A stretch of 64,000 nt of DNA from an uncultured Solirubrobacterales bacterium (GCA_963719435.1 OY970384.1:2623835-2687834); one strand, 5' to 3'. Counted from the first letter of the stretch, positions 17,335 through 26,414 are shown. The notes: a model not told the origin generated them from the sequence alone. A program made the numbers and translations.

Positions 17335-19053
17335 TCAATCGGGTCCGGCTTTCGCTGTGGCCGTTTCGTGAGTGGAGTCGACGATCCCCGACCGCAGGTA
17401 AGCAGTTTCGCGGAAGACGGTCCCGGCCGGGACGCCGTTCTCCGTCGTCGACGGCGAGCCGAAGATCATTTCGGCCTGGGCGAGGAGCTGGGAGGTGCGC
17501 GGGTCGAAGATGTAGCGACGGCCGAATCCCCGATCCCTGACCCAGGCGATCGCGTCGCCGCGGCGACCGGCGGCATCGGTCACGTCGCGTTCGAGCCCGA
17601 TGCCCGGTATTTCGGCGAGGGCGTCGAAGGCGGCGGCGCGCAGCGCCGGGGTCGAGAGCGGTTCGCTGAGGATCTCCAGCAGCCTTTCGACCGTCGCGCC
17701 TCCCCGCTGCGAGTCCGCCGGCGAGGCGGCGAGAGGTGCGCTGCCGCCGCGGCGGTGTTCGACCGCCAGGCGCAGGGCTTCCGGCTCGGTCGGAAGCTCG
17801 GAAAGCCGGGACAGGTAGGTGAATTCGCGGCGGCCGCGGAAAGCCTTGGATGCGAAGTCCTTCACGGCGCGCCCGGAGCCGTCGCGGCCGACGTCGTGTT
17901 CGGCGGGGTCGTAGGCCCAGGGCGGCGGCGAGCCCGCGCCTTCCCAGCGCCGTTGATCGACTGCATCGAGGAAGGCGACCCGGCCGAGGGTTTCGCGCTC
18001 GCGCGTCTTACCGTCCGGGGCCGTCCAGACCTGCTTCAGCGTCGGCACGAGGGCGGGCATCGCGTTGCCGTCGGAGCCCAGCTGCCTGTCCGTGAAATAC
18101 CGCGGGTGTGCCTTCGAGCCGGAGGGCGGGCCGTCCGGGTCCCAGGCTTCGAGGTGGACCTCCTTCGTCTCCGTATAGAGGAGCTGACCGGAACCGGGCG
18201 GCGCCTCGACCTGGAGGTCGGACGACCGGGCTGCGGCGGCCGTGCGGTGCAGCTCGGCAGCGATGGCGGCTTGGCTCAGGGCATCGTCGCCGCGGGGGGC
18301 GTAGGCGGGTCCGCCGCCGGGGCTGAACCCGAACGGCCCACCGCTGCCGCTCGGCAACGCCGGGACCGGCTTGCAGGGTTCCACCGGTCCTTCGGCCACT
18401 CCCATGTTCGTGATGCTCCCGCCTTCGGGGTCGCCGGCGTAGGGGACGGGCGTGCCGGAAATGACCACGCTCTGATCGGGGCGGAACGCCTTGGGGTCGA
18501 GGTTGACGTTGGCTGCCAAGCTGCGCATTTCGGCGTTGGAGATTTCCCCGCGTATGTATTTCCCGGAGAGTTCGCGCGAGGCCTTGGTGCTGCCGATGCC
18601 GATCGTGATCCCGCCGGGACCGCTCATGCTCCCCCCACCGAGCGATCCGCCTCCGGGAAGGTGCACGCGCGAGGGCGTGTAGTGGGGTTCGCGGCAGACC
18701 TTGCCGGCCGGCAGCCAGGTCACCTGAGCCTTGATCCCGGCTTCCTCCAGGGCCGCTTCGAGGCCGGCGGCGTCTTCGAGGCTGTAGATCTTGATCGTCA
18801 CGCCGCCGCCCTCCCGGGGTTCGACCGCGAAGGCCGCCGGAGTGTTGTCACCGCCGGCGCTGACGATCAGCGCGGCCGCGAGGGCGGCGAGAGCGAGAGC
18901 GCCACCGAAGGCCAGGCGCGGACCGCGGCGACGCCAGGAGGGCTTGGGCCGGCCGGCCGCAGAGCCGACGGATTCCACCAGAGCCGCGCGGCGCGCCTTC
19001 AGGGTCGCGTCGTCGGGAAGCAGCGGCGAGAGGTCGGACTCGGGCTTTTTCAC
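17335..19053 (-). CDS. putative anti-sigma factor / membrane-anchored extracytoplasmic protein
   Basis: 572 aa. 4-nt overlap with the upstream ECF sigma gene. Short cytoplasmic N-terminus, one TM helix (LAFGGALALAALAAALIV) and a large external domain of unknown fold. Confidence 0.6.
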   Translation of the reverse strand: MKKPESDLSPLLPDDATLKARRAALVESVGSAAGRPKPSWRRRGPRLAFGGALALAALAAALIVSAGGDNTPAAFAVEPREGGGVTIKIYSLEDAAGLEAALEEAGIKAQVTWLPAGKVCREPHYTPSRVHLPGGGSLGGGSMSGPGGITIGIGSTKASRELSGKYIRGEISNAEMRSLAANVNLDPKAFRPDQSVVISGTPVPYAGDPEGGSITNMGVAEGPVEPCKPVPALPSGSGGPFGFSPGGGPAYAPRGDDALSQAAIAAELHRTAAAARSSDLQVEAPPGSGQLLYTETKEVHLEAWDPDGPPSGSKAHPRYFTDRQLGSDGNAMPALVPTLKQVWTAPDGKTRERETLGRVAFLDAVDQRRWEGAGSPPPWAYDPAEHDVGRDGSGRAVKDFASKAFRGRREFTYLSRLSELPTEPEALRLAVEHRRGGSAPLAASPADSQRGGATVERLLEILSEPLSTPALRAAAFDALAEIPGIGLERDVTDAAGRRGDAIAWVRDRGFGRRYIFDPRTSQLLAQAEMIFGSPSTTENGVPAGTVFRETAYLRSGIVDSTHETATAKAGPD

Positions 19054-19634
19054 AGCGCCTCCTCGGCCGGAGTTGAATCGGAGATCGTTTCGGGAAAGGC
19101 GTCGCCGAGGCGCTCGCGGGCGCGCGCCAGGCGCGAGCGCACGGTGCCGAGCGGGAGCTCGAGCGCCGCGGCGATCTCCTTGTAGGAGAGATCGCTCCAG
19201 GCGAGCAGGGAGAGCACCTCGCGCTCGCGTCGCGGAAGCCGGCGAATGGCTTCACCGCCCTGGCGCAGCTGCTGGATCGCATCGAGCCGTGCCACCGCCT
19301 CTCCCTCCAGATCTGTCGGCAGGGGCGGGGCGACGTTTTGGAGCCGCACGAGCGCGTCGCGGTGGCGGCGCTGGCTCCGCCACTGATGGCGGATCACGTT
19401 GTTGGCGATCCCCAGCAGCAGCGAAGCGGCACTGTCGGCGGTCAGCTCGAGGCCCCGCCGCCCGCGCCAGGCCTCGAGGAAGACGGTCGCGGTCGCATCC
19501 TCGGCACCCTGCAGGTCTGCGGTGCGCCAGAGGCAGTAGGACTGGACGGCGCGGGCATGGCGCTCGTAGAGGTCGCCAAATGCCTCGGCGTCGCCGGCGC
19601 GGGTCCGCTCCCAAAGTTCTGCGTCAGTTGCCAT
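19050..19634 (-). CDS. ECF-type RNA polymerase sigma-70 family factor
   Basis: 194 aa. Region 2 (FGDLYERHARAVQSYCLWR...DATATVFLEAW) and region 4 HTH (REREVLSLLAWSDLSYKEIAAALELPLGTVRSRLARAR). Confidence 0.9.
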   Translation of the reverse strand: MATDAELWERTRAGDAEAFGDLYERHARAVQSYCLWRTADLQGAEDATATVFLEAWRGRRGLELTADSAASLLLGIANNVIRHQWRSQRRHRDALVRLQNVAPPLPTDLEGEAVARLDAIQQLRQGGEAIRRLPRREREVLSLLAWSDLSYKEIAAALELPLGTVRSRLARARERLGDAFPETISDSTPAEEAL

Positions 19635-19696
19635 CGGAGGTACATGCCCGCAGGGCGGGAATCGGTTCCCGGGTTCTTGTCAGACCCGGATCGGGT

Positions 19697-21469
19697 CTAG
19701 CGGTGCGCTCGTCGCGGCTTCGGGCCAAGCCTCAGGCTGACCTCGCCGTTCTCAGACACAGCACCCGCGGCGGGGGTCGATGACTTGACGACGAGCGGCC
19801 GGGGCCCTTTGCGACTCGTCCAGCGCGGCCTCAGGACCTTGCCGAGCTTGCAGCCGGCCGCGTTCAGCGCGTCCTTCGCCCGCGCCAGGGTCTTGCCGGC
19901 GAGTTTCGGGACGGTGCATATGAGGTGTGCAGGCGGGTCGCCATGTCCGGCATCGGGGTCGGTCCGCGGGCCAGGGTCGCCCACCAGATCATCCGCGTGC
20001 TGGTACGTCGCCTTACTGGTCGAGCACCCCGAGGTATTGCCGGCGGCGTCGGTCGCGGTTGCGTAGACGGTCGTGGTCGAGCCAGCGACGACGGTGATCT
20101 GCAGGCCGGGCGACGCGAAGGTTCCCGCGCTGCCGGTGGCGCGCGATAGCCCCGTGCACGTCGCGTTGTCGTATAGCCGCACGGTCGAGCCGGCCTCAGC
20201 GGTCCCGGCGATCCGGGGCGTCAGGCTGGATGACGGGGACGCGGGGGTCGAGGCCAGGCCGCTCGGCGCAGCGGGCGCGGCGGTGTCGACGGTGATCGAA
20301 AAGGCCTGCGTATCCGGACTGAAGACGTCGTTGGTCGCGCTCACCACGCCGGTGTAGGTGCCGTCCGCGGTCGGGGTGCCGCTCAGCAGTCCGGTCGCTT
20401 CGTCGAGGCTCAGACCGGGCGGGAACGAGCCGCTGCTGAGGAAGAAGCGGATGGGCAGATTGCCGCCTCCACCCGGCGAGGGTTTAGCGGTGTAGGTGTG
20501 CGAGAACGGCCCGACCCCGATCAGAGATGGCGCCGCGGCGCTGTCGATGACGGGCGAGCCTCCCAGCTGGCCGGCGACATGACTGCCCCAGCACCTGACG
20601 GTTTCGTCGGTTTTGATCGCGCACGTGTGGTAGAGGCCGGCGCTGATCTCGGTGACGGTGCCGATGTCGGATGGGAGCCAAGGCTGGGGACCGATGGGGG
20701 CTTTCCGCCCCCAGCAGACCGGAGTGCCGTCGGTCTTGATCGCGCAGGTGTGCCATTCGCCGACGGCGATCTGGGTGACGGTGCCGATGCCAGCGGGGAT
20801 CGTGACCTCGCCCATGTCGTCGTCGCCCCAACAGACCGGGGTACCGTCGGTCTTGATCGCGCAGGTGTGCCCTTCGCCGGCGGTGGCGATCTGGGTGACG
20901 GTGCCGATGCCAGCGGGGATCGTGCTCTGCCCGTCGCTGTCATCGCCCCAGCAGATCGGGGTGCCGTCGGTTTCAACGGCGCAGGTGTTGTAGGTCCCGG
21001 CGGAGATCTGGGTGACCGTGCCGATGGCCGCCGGCAGCGTGCTCTGCCCCCACTCGTCGTCGCCCCAGCAGACCGGGGTGCCGTCGGTCTTGACGGCGCA
21101 GGTGTGCCATTCACCGGCGGTGATCTGGCTGACGGTGCCGATTCCCGCGGGGAGCGTGCTCTGCCCCTTGCTGTCGTCGCCCCAGCAGGCCGGCGTGTCG
21201 TCGGTCTTGATAGCGCAGTCGTGCTGGCCGCCGGCGGTAACCTGCTCCACGCTGCCAAGGTCCGCGGGGACCTGGGGCTGCCCGCTCCAGCAGACAAGCG
21301 TGTCGTCCGCCTTGATCACACACGACTGCCCGGCACCGGCCGCCACCCGACCCGACTCAGAGGCAAGCGCACCGTCGGCCCAGCATCCCATCGCCGCCAG
21401 CAGCAGGAGCAGGAGGGACGCCATCGAACGCGCCCGACCAGGAAGACGTTTATCGAACGAGCTGTTCAC
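19697..21469 (-). CDS. secreted RCC1-repeat beta-propeller protein with cadherin-like Ig, Ig-like and C-terminal PASTA-like domains
   Basis: GTG start preceded by GGAGGGGGA. Signal peptide followed by about 7 repeats of ...CWGDD..GQST.PAGIGTVTQI.AG..HTCA.KTDGTPVCWG. Also has PPGLSLDEATGLLSGTP and a tail CTVPKLAGKTLARAKDALNAAGCKLGKV...VVKSSTPAAG. Confidence 0.85.
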   Translation of the reverse strand: MNSSFDKRLPGRARSMASLLLLLLAAMGCWADGALASESGRVAAGAGQSCVIKADDTLVCWSGQPQVPADLGSVEQVTAGGQHDCAIKTDDTPACWGDDSKGQSTLPAGIGTVSQITAGEWHTCAVKTDGTPVCWGDDEWGQSTLPAAIGTVTQISAGTYNTCAVETDGTPICWGDDSDGQSTIPAGIGTVTQIATAGEGHTCAIKTDGTPVCWGDDDMGEVTIPAGIGTVTQIAVGEWHTCAIKTDGTPVCWGRKAPIGPQPWLPSDIGTVTEISAGLYHTCAIKTDETVRCWGSHVAGQLGGSPVIDSAAAPSLIGVGPFSHTYTAKPSPGGGGNLPIRFFLSSGSFPPGLSLDEATGLLSGTPTADGTYTGVVSATNDVFSPDTQAFSITVDTAAPAAPSGLASTPASPSSSLTPRIAGTAEAGSTVRLYDNATCTGLSRATGSAGTFASPGLQITVVAGSTTTVYATATDAAGNTSGCSTSKATYQHADDLVGDPGPRTDPDAGHGDPPAHLICTVPKLAGKTLARAKDALNAAGCKLGKVLRPRWTSRKGPRPLVVKSSTPAAGAVSENGEVSLRLGPKPRRAHR

Positions 21470-21625
21470 AGATCCCCCTCCAAGTCAATATCTCGAAGAG
21501 AAACGAATCCCTTCGCAGAGACGAGTCTCCTATGAGGATGGGGTGAAATCAAATTGAGCGATCTTGATGGCCCCGCCGGCTCTCGAAATCCCACGAGCCC
21601 GCGCCCCAAAGCGGAATTACCTCAG

Positions 21626-21699
21626 CGCGCCAGACAGGATTCGAACCTGTGACCTTCGGTTTCGTAGACCGACGCTCTATCCGGCTGAGCTACTGGCGC
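21626..21699 (-). tRNA. tRNA-Arg (anticodon ACG)
   Basis: Cloverleaf read by eye: acceptor GCGCCAG/CTGGCGC, D-arm TAGCTCAGCCGGATAGAGC, anticodon loop CTACGAA, T-arm GGTTCGAATCC. No encoded CCA. Confidence 0.9.
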
Positions 21700-21750
21700 G
21701 AGTTGGGGCCGGGCGGCCCGCGGGGCGATTCTAGGGGTTCGGCAGGGTGG

Positions 21751-22257
21751 TTAGGCGGCGGCCGGTTTGTTGAGCCGGACGTGCCAGCGCACGGTGGCGC
21801 TGGCGACCTGGGTGCCGTCGGCATCGGTGAGGACGACCTCGCAGGGGAACTCGACCTTGCCGTCGCGGTCGAGGGTGGCCAGGGCCTCGTCCTTGTCGAT
21901 GCCGAGCACGGCCTTGGCGGTGATCGGGCCCCTGGCGATCTTTTCGTAGGCGATCTCGGCGCTGCGGGCGAGCGGGGTGATCTCCCCCATGCGCTCGACG
22001 AAGGCGCCGACGAAGGCCGCGCCGGAGGCGTTCTCGGCGGCGGTGAATAGCGAGCCGGCGTGCTGGGAGCCGACGTGGTTGGTCAGCTCGGTCCGCTCGG
22101 GGAGGACGACGGTCGCCTCGCCGGCGGCGATCTCGGTGATCTCCAGGCCGAGGTAGCCGGCGAACGGCACCGCCTGGCTCATCCCCGCCGCGATCGCATC
22201 GAAGTCGGTCACGGGCGAAACCCTACCGGCGGAAGATTGAGGACTTAACGCCGCCAT
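21751..22257 (-). CDS. hotdog-fold thioesterase (PaaI/DUF4442-like)
   Basis: 168-aa ORF containing VPFAGYLGLEITEIAAGEATVVLP...NHVGSQHAGSLFTAAE. The start is uncertain: ATG 22257 lies in the loop of a 16-bp hairpin, and GTG 22212 is the alternative. Confidence 0.7.
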   Translation of the reverse strand: MAALSPQSSAGRVSPVTDFDAIAAGMSQAVPFAGYLGLEITEIAAGEATVVLPERTELTNHVGSQHAGSLFTAAENASGAAFVGAFVERMGEITPLARSAEIAYEKIARGPITAKAVLGIDKDEALATLDRDGKVEFPCEVVLTDADGTQVASATVRWHVRLNKPAAA

Positions 22258-22276
22258 AGGGGCGTTAAGTCCTCAA
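22237..22276. repeat. perfect 16-bp palindrome (TTGAGGACTTAACGCC / GGCGTTAAGTCCTCAA) with an 8-nt loop
   Basis: Read directly from the sequence. Lies between the crotonase stop (22283) and the thioesterase gene. On the minus strand the loop reads CCTATGGC and contains the candidate ATG. Confidence 0.85.
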
Positions 22277-22282
22277 CGAAGC

Positions 22283-23065
22283 TCAGCGCCCCTCGAAGGT
22301 GGCGTGTCCGGGGCCGCCGTGCTCGAGGAAGGTCTTGACCGCGTTCTGCAGATCCTCGCTGGCGAAGAGGTCGGCGGCTTCGGTGCGAACCGCCTCGTCG
22401 GCGGCCGGCATCCCGCCCTCGCGGAAGCGTTTGAGGATGTGCTTGGTCATCGCGTGCGCCTTGGTCGGACCGGACGCCAGCTCGGCGGCGAGGGCACGGG
22501 CGCTGGCCTCGAACTCGTCGGCCGGGTAGATCGTGTTGACGACGCCCCAGCGCTCCATCTCCTCCGCCCCGAAGATGCCGCCGCTCATCACGAACTGGCG
22601 GGCGCGGCCGCTGCCGGCGCGCTCGGCCAAGCGCTGGGTGCCGCCCATCGACGGCGTCAGCCCGACCACCTTCTCGACCAGGCCGAACTTCGCCCCCGGG
22701 CTGGCGACGATCAGGTCGCAGGCGAGGGCGATCTCGAAGGCGGCGGTCAGGGTCAGGGCGTGGGCGGCGAAGACGATCGGCGCCGGCAGCGCCTCCAGCT
22801 GGTCGATCGTCCCCAGCAGCTCGCCCCACAGCTGGCTCCCCTGCTCCGGGGTCAGCCCGTCGAAGACGTGGACGTCGACGCCGCCGGAGACGGCGCGGCC
22901 CTCGGCCCGGATCAGCAGCGCCCGCGGCGGCTCCGCGGCGAGGTCGGCGATCGCCGCCTGGAAGTCGTCGATCATCCGCTGGTCGAAGAGGTTGAGCGGC
23001 GGGCTGTCGAACGTCAGCACCGCCAGGCCCCCCTCCTCGCGCTCCATGCGTGCCGCCGGGCTCAT
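22283..23065 (-). CDS. enoyl-CoA hydratase/isomerase (crotonase) family protein
   Basis: 260 aa with a crotonase fold pattern (LTFDSPPLNLFD...AEGRAVSGGVDV...FAAHALTLTAAFEIALACD). 4-nt overlap with the pyk stop. Confidence 0.85.
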   Translation of the reverse strand: MSPAARMEREEGGLAVLTFDSPPLNLFDQRMIDDFQAAIADLAAEPPRALLIRAEGRAVSGGVDVHVFDGLTPEQGSQLWGELLGTIDQLEALPAPIVFAAHALTLTAAFEIALACDLIVASPGAKFGLVEKVVGLTPSMGGTQRLAERAGSGRARQFVMSGGIFGAEEMERWGVVNTIYPADEFEASARALAAELASGPTKAHAMTKHILKRFREGGMPAADEAVRTEAADLFASEDLQNAVKTFLEHGGPGHATFEGR

Positions 23066-24486
23066 CGCTCCGGCACCCTATGGACCTCGAACAGGTTCGT
23101 GCCCAGATCCTGGCCGTCGAGCCCGGCGGTGATCGCCACCAGCTCGCCGGGCGCGGCGACGCCGTGGTCGGCGGCGAGGCCGGCGCAGTGGCCGAGTAGG
23201 CCGCGCAGCTCGGTTCCGAAGTCGCTCTGCACCGCGGTGACGCCGAACAGCAGGTTGAGCCGCCGCACCGTCTCTATGTAGGGGGAGATCGCCAGCACCG
23301 GCACGTCGGGCCGGTGGGCGGAGACGAGGCGGGCGGTGCGGCCGCTGTTGGTCGGTACCACGATTGCCTTCAGCCCCAGCCGGTAGACCGCGCCGACGGC
23401 ACCCTGGGCGACCGAGTCGGCGACGTCCTGGGTCCCCTGATCGGTGCGGCTGAACAGCCACTCGCCGTAGCGCAGGTCGGGCTCGGTGGCGCGGGCGATC
23501 CGGTCCATCACCCGCACCGCCTCGACCGGGTTCTGGCCGACCGCGGTCTCCTCGGAGAGCATCACCGCGTCGGTTCCGTCGTAGATCGCGTTGGCGACGT
23601 CGGTCACCTCGGCCCGGGTCGGGCGCCGCGCGGTCACCATCGAGGCCAGCATCTGGGTGGCGGTTATCGCCGGCTTCGAGGCCTTGCCGGCGGCGCGGAT
23701 CAGCCGCTTCTGCACGACCGGCACCTGCTCCAGCGGCACTTCGATCCCGAGGTCGCCGCGGGCGACCATGATCCCGCCGCCGGCGACGCGGACGATCTCC
23801 TCGGCGTTGGCCGCCGCCTCCTGCTTCTCGATCTTGGCGATCAGCGGGATCCGCGAGTCGAGCTCCCGCAGCCGCCGCGCCACCGGCTCCAGGTCGGCGG
23901 CGCTGGAGACGAAGGAGACGGCGAGCAGGTCGACGCCGTGCTCGACCGCGAACTCGACCCAGCCGAGGTCGACGCCGGTGGTCGCCGGCAGGTCGGTGCC
24001 GCCGGGAATGTTCATCCCCTTGTGCGAGGTCAGGGTGCCGCCGACCTCGATCTCGCAGTCGACCTCGCCCTGGTCGGGGTCGTTGACCCGCAGCCGGATC
24101 GCGCCGTCGGCCAGGTAGACCAGCTGGTCCTCGCGCAGGTCGGTGATCCCCGGCCAGGAGACCGGGATCGTCTCGCGGTCGCCCTCGACCTCGCGTGGGG
24201 TCAGGGTCACATGCATCCCCGTCTCCAGCTCGGCGAAGTCGTCGCGCAGGGAGCCGATCCGCAGCTTCGGCCCCGGCAGGTCGCCGAGCACCGCGACCTC
24301 GCGGCCGACCTGCTCGGCGGCGGCGCGGATCGCCTCGATCGACTGCGCCTGCCGCTCCGGGGTCGCGTGGGAGAAGTTGAGGCGGAAGACGTCGGCGCCG
24401 GCCTCGATCAGCTGCTCGAGCACGGACGGGTCCCAGCTCGCCGGCCCGACCGTGGCGATGATCTTGGTGCGCCGCTCCGAGTGCAT
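23062..24486 (-). CDS. pyk: pyruvate kinase
   Basis: Starts at ATG 24486 (MHSERRTKIIATVGPAS...FRLNFSHA...). Contains MVARGDLGIE. The 47 codons upstream in the track ORF lack similarity. Confidence 0.9.
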   Translation of the reverse strand: MHSERRTKIIATVGPASWDPSVLEQLIEAGADVFRLNFSHATPERQAQSIEAIRAAAEQVGREVAVLGDLPGPKLRIGSLRDDFAELETGMHVTLTPREVEGDRETIPVSWPGITDLREDQLVYLADGAIRLRVNDPDQGEVDCEIEVGGTLTSHKGMNIPGGTDLPATTGVDLGWVEFAVEHGVDLLAVSFVSSAADLEPVARRLRELDSRIPLIAKIEKQEAAANAEEIVRVAGGGIMVARGDLGIEVPLEQVPVVQKRLIRAAGKASKPAITATQMLASMVTARRPTRAEVTDVANAIYDGTDAVMLSEETAVGQNPVEAVRVMDRIARATEPDLRYGEWLFSRTDQGTQDVADSVAQGAVGAVYRLGLKAIVVPTNSGRTARLVSAHRPDVPVLAISPYIETVRRLNLLFGVTAVQSDFGTELRGLLGHCAGLAADHGVAAPGELVAITAGLDGQDLGTNLFEVHRVPER

Positions 24487-24532
24487 CGACTGACTGTAGT
24501 CACGCCGTGGGCGGGGCGGTAATCTCGGCGCC

Positions 24533-25939
24533 GTGAGCACCGCTACGCAGCCATCCGCCGGCCTGGTCGGCGCCGCGCCCGCCTCCCCCGCCGGACCGAT
24601 AGAGGCGGCAGCGCTCGCCGATCTCACCTACCCGCCGAGCATCCAGCTGCCGCGGCTGGTGCAGGCGCTGCGCTTCAACCAGCGCCAGATCGAGTTCGTC
24701 TTCGGCGCCCGCCGCCGGCTCGGCGAAGTCTTCCGCATGCACGGCGCCACCGAGGACGCGGTGATTGTCACCAGCCACCCCGACCACGTGCGCTCGCTGT
24801 TCACCGCCAGCCCCGAGCAGGCGCCCTCGCTGACCGGCGAGTCGCCGCTGCGGCCGATCGTCGGCCCGGACTCGGTCCTGACCGCGGTCGGCCCGCGCCA
24901 CATGCGCCAGCGCAAACTGCTGCTGCCGCCCTTCCACGGCGAGGCGATCGAGGCCTACACGCAGATGATCTCCGAGGCGACCGAACGCGAGATCGACCGC
25001 TGGCCGGTCGGCGAGGCGATGGCGCTGGCGCCGCGGATGCAGGCGATCACCCTCGACGTGATCATGGCCGGGATCTTCGGCATCGAGGGCAAGCCGCAGC
25101 GCGGCACCCCCGAGCACGGGCTGCGGCAGATGATCCGCCGCCTGGTCAACGCCTCGACCCAGCCGGCGGCGCAGATCGGCGAGCTGCTGCACATCGGCCG
25201 CGACGAGGCGATGGGCCCGATGAAGGCGGGGCTGAACCTGCTCGACAAGCAGGTCTACGGGGTGATCAAGGCGCGCCGCCGCGCCGCCGACCTCGGCGAG
25301 CGCCGCGACATCCTCTCGCTGCTGCTGCAGGCGCGGACCGAGGAGGGCGAGGAGCTGAGCGACAAAGAACTGCGCGACGAGCTCCTGGTCCTCGTCCTCG
25401 CCGGCCACGAGACCACCGCCAACTCACTGGCCTGGGCCTGGGAGCGGCTGGTCCGCACCCCCGCCGCGCACGAGGCGCTGCTGGGCGCGGTCCGCTCCGG
25501 CGACGGCGCCGAGGAGCAGATCGAGGCGACGATCGTCGAGGCGATGCGCTCGCGCCCGGTGATCCCGCTGATCGGCCGCCGCGTCACCGTGCCCTGGCAG
25601 CTGGGCGAGTTCGGCGTCCCCGCCGGCACCGCGGTGACGATGAGCATCCTCCTCGTCCACCACCGCGAGGATCTCTACCCCCGCCCCTTCGAGTTCGTGC
25701 CCGAGCGCTGGCTTGGCAGCAAGCCCGGAACCTACGAGTGGATCCCCTTCGGCGGCGGCATCCGCCGCTGCCTCGGCGCCGCCCTGGCGATGGCCGAGCA
25801 GCGCGTCGTCCTCGAGGCAATGGCCCGCCGCCTCGACCTCGAAGCCGAGGACCCCGCCCCCGAGCGCGCCCTGCACCGCAACGTGACGATGATCCCCGCC
25901 CGCGGCGGCCGAGTCGTCGTGCGCGCCAAGGACGACTGA
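24533..25939 (+). CDS. cytochrome P450
   Basis: 468 aa. I-helix AGHETTA, ExxR (EAMR) and the heme-binding loop FGGGIRRCLGAALA. Confidence 0.9.
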   Translation: MSTATQPSAGLVGAAPASPAGPIEAAALADLTYPPSIQLPRLVQALRFNQRQIEFVFGARRRLGEVFRMHGATEDAVIVTSHPDHVRSLFTASPEQAPSLTGESPLRPIVGPDSVLTAVGPRHMRQRKLLLPPFHGEAIEAYTQMISEATEREIDRWPVGEAMALAPRMQAITLDVIMAGIFGIEGKPQRGTPEHGLRQMIRRLVNASTQPAAQIGELLHIGRDEAMGPMKAGLNLLDKQVYGVIKARRRAADLGERRDILSLLLQARTEEGEELSDKELRDELLVLVLAGHETTANSLAWAWERLVRTPAAHEALLGAVRSGDGAEEQIEATIVEAMRSRPVIPLIGRRVTVPWQLGEFGVPAGTAVTMSILLVHHREDLYPRPFEFVPERWLGSKPGTYEWIPFGGGIRRCLGAALAMAEQRVVLEAMARRLDLEAEDPAPERALHRNVTMIPARGGRVVVRAKDD

Positions 25940-25979
25940 ACCCCGCCGGGACCGAGCACGCCCGTAATAGGGTCGGCCG

Positions 25980-26414
25980 ATGGAGGCGATCTTCGGACTG
26001 CTGGGGGTGCTGGTCGGCAGCGCGATCACCTGGGGCATCGAGGTGTGGCGAGCCCGGCGGCACGATTCCGACGAGGGCCGGGTCGCGGCCCGGCTCGTGA
26101 TCGACGAGCTGCGCGCCATCGCCAACGTCCGCACGGCCGCCGAGCCCGAATTCCCGGAGCAGCGCAAGCTGGCCATGGAACAGAGCGCCTGGCTCGCCCA
26201 GCGCGCGATCCTCGCCCGCGAGCTGACCCACGCGAACTGGAGAGACGTCAGACTCGCCTACGACGCCCTCTCTGAGGCTCAGCACTCACCCGCGGGCGAG
26301 CGCTACGTCGACGGCCAATTCGAAAAGGCGATGGAGGCCCTGCAACCGCTCGCCTCCCGCCACCGCTACTGGTGGCAGCGCCTTCGCGCCAAGCTGCGGC
26401 CAGCGGCGGCGTGA
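25980..26414 (+). CDS. hypothetical protein with an N-terminal TM helix
   Basis: 144-aa ORF with host-like codon bias (G/C at third positions). No recognisable domain. Ends 4 nt before the left copy of the tRNA-Ser direct repeat. Confidence 0.5.
   Translation: MEAIFGLLGVLVGSAITWGIEVWRARRHDSDEGRVAARLVIDELRAIANVRTAAEPEFPEQRKLAMEQSAWLAQRAILARELTHANWRDVRLAYDALSEAQHSPAGERYVDGQFEKAMEALQPLASRHRYWWQRLRAKLRPAAA

Noticed and set aside
19635-19696. ECF-type autoregulated promoter upstream of the sigma gene (GGGAAC at about 19665-19670 on the minus strand).
   Set aside because: A GGAAC -35-like element is present. However, the sequence 16-17 nt downstream (GCATGT) does not resemble the CGT-type ECF -10 element. 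It would also leave almost no leader before the ATG. This is too weak to call.
21470-21625. Mini-ORF ATG AGG ATG GGG TGA and the CCTATG motif in the spacer between the RCC1 gene and tRNA-Arg.
   Set aside because: Four codons with no supporting signal. A CCTATG hexamer on its own is expected by chance and is not in a long hairpin here.
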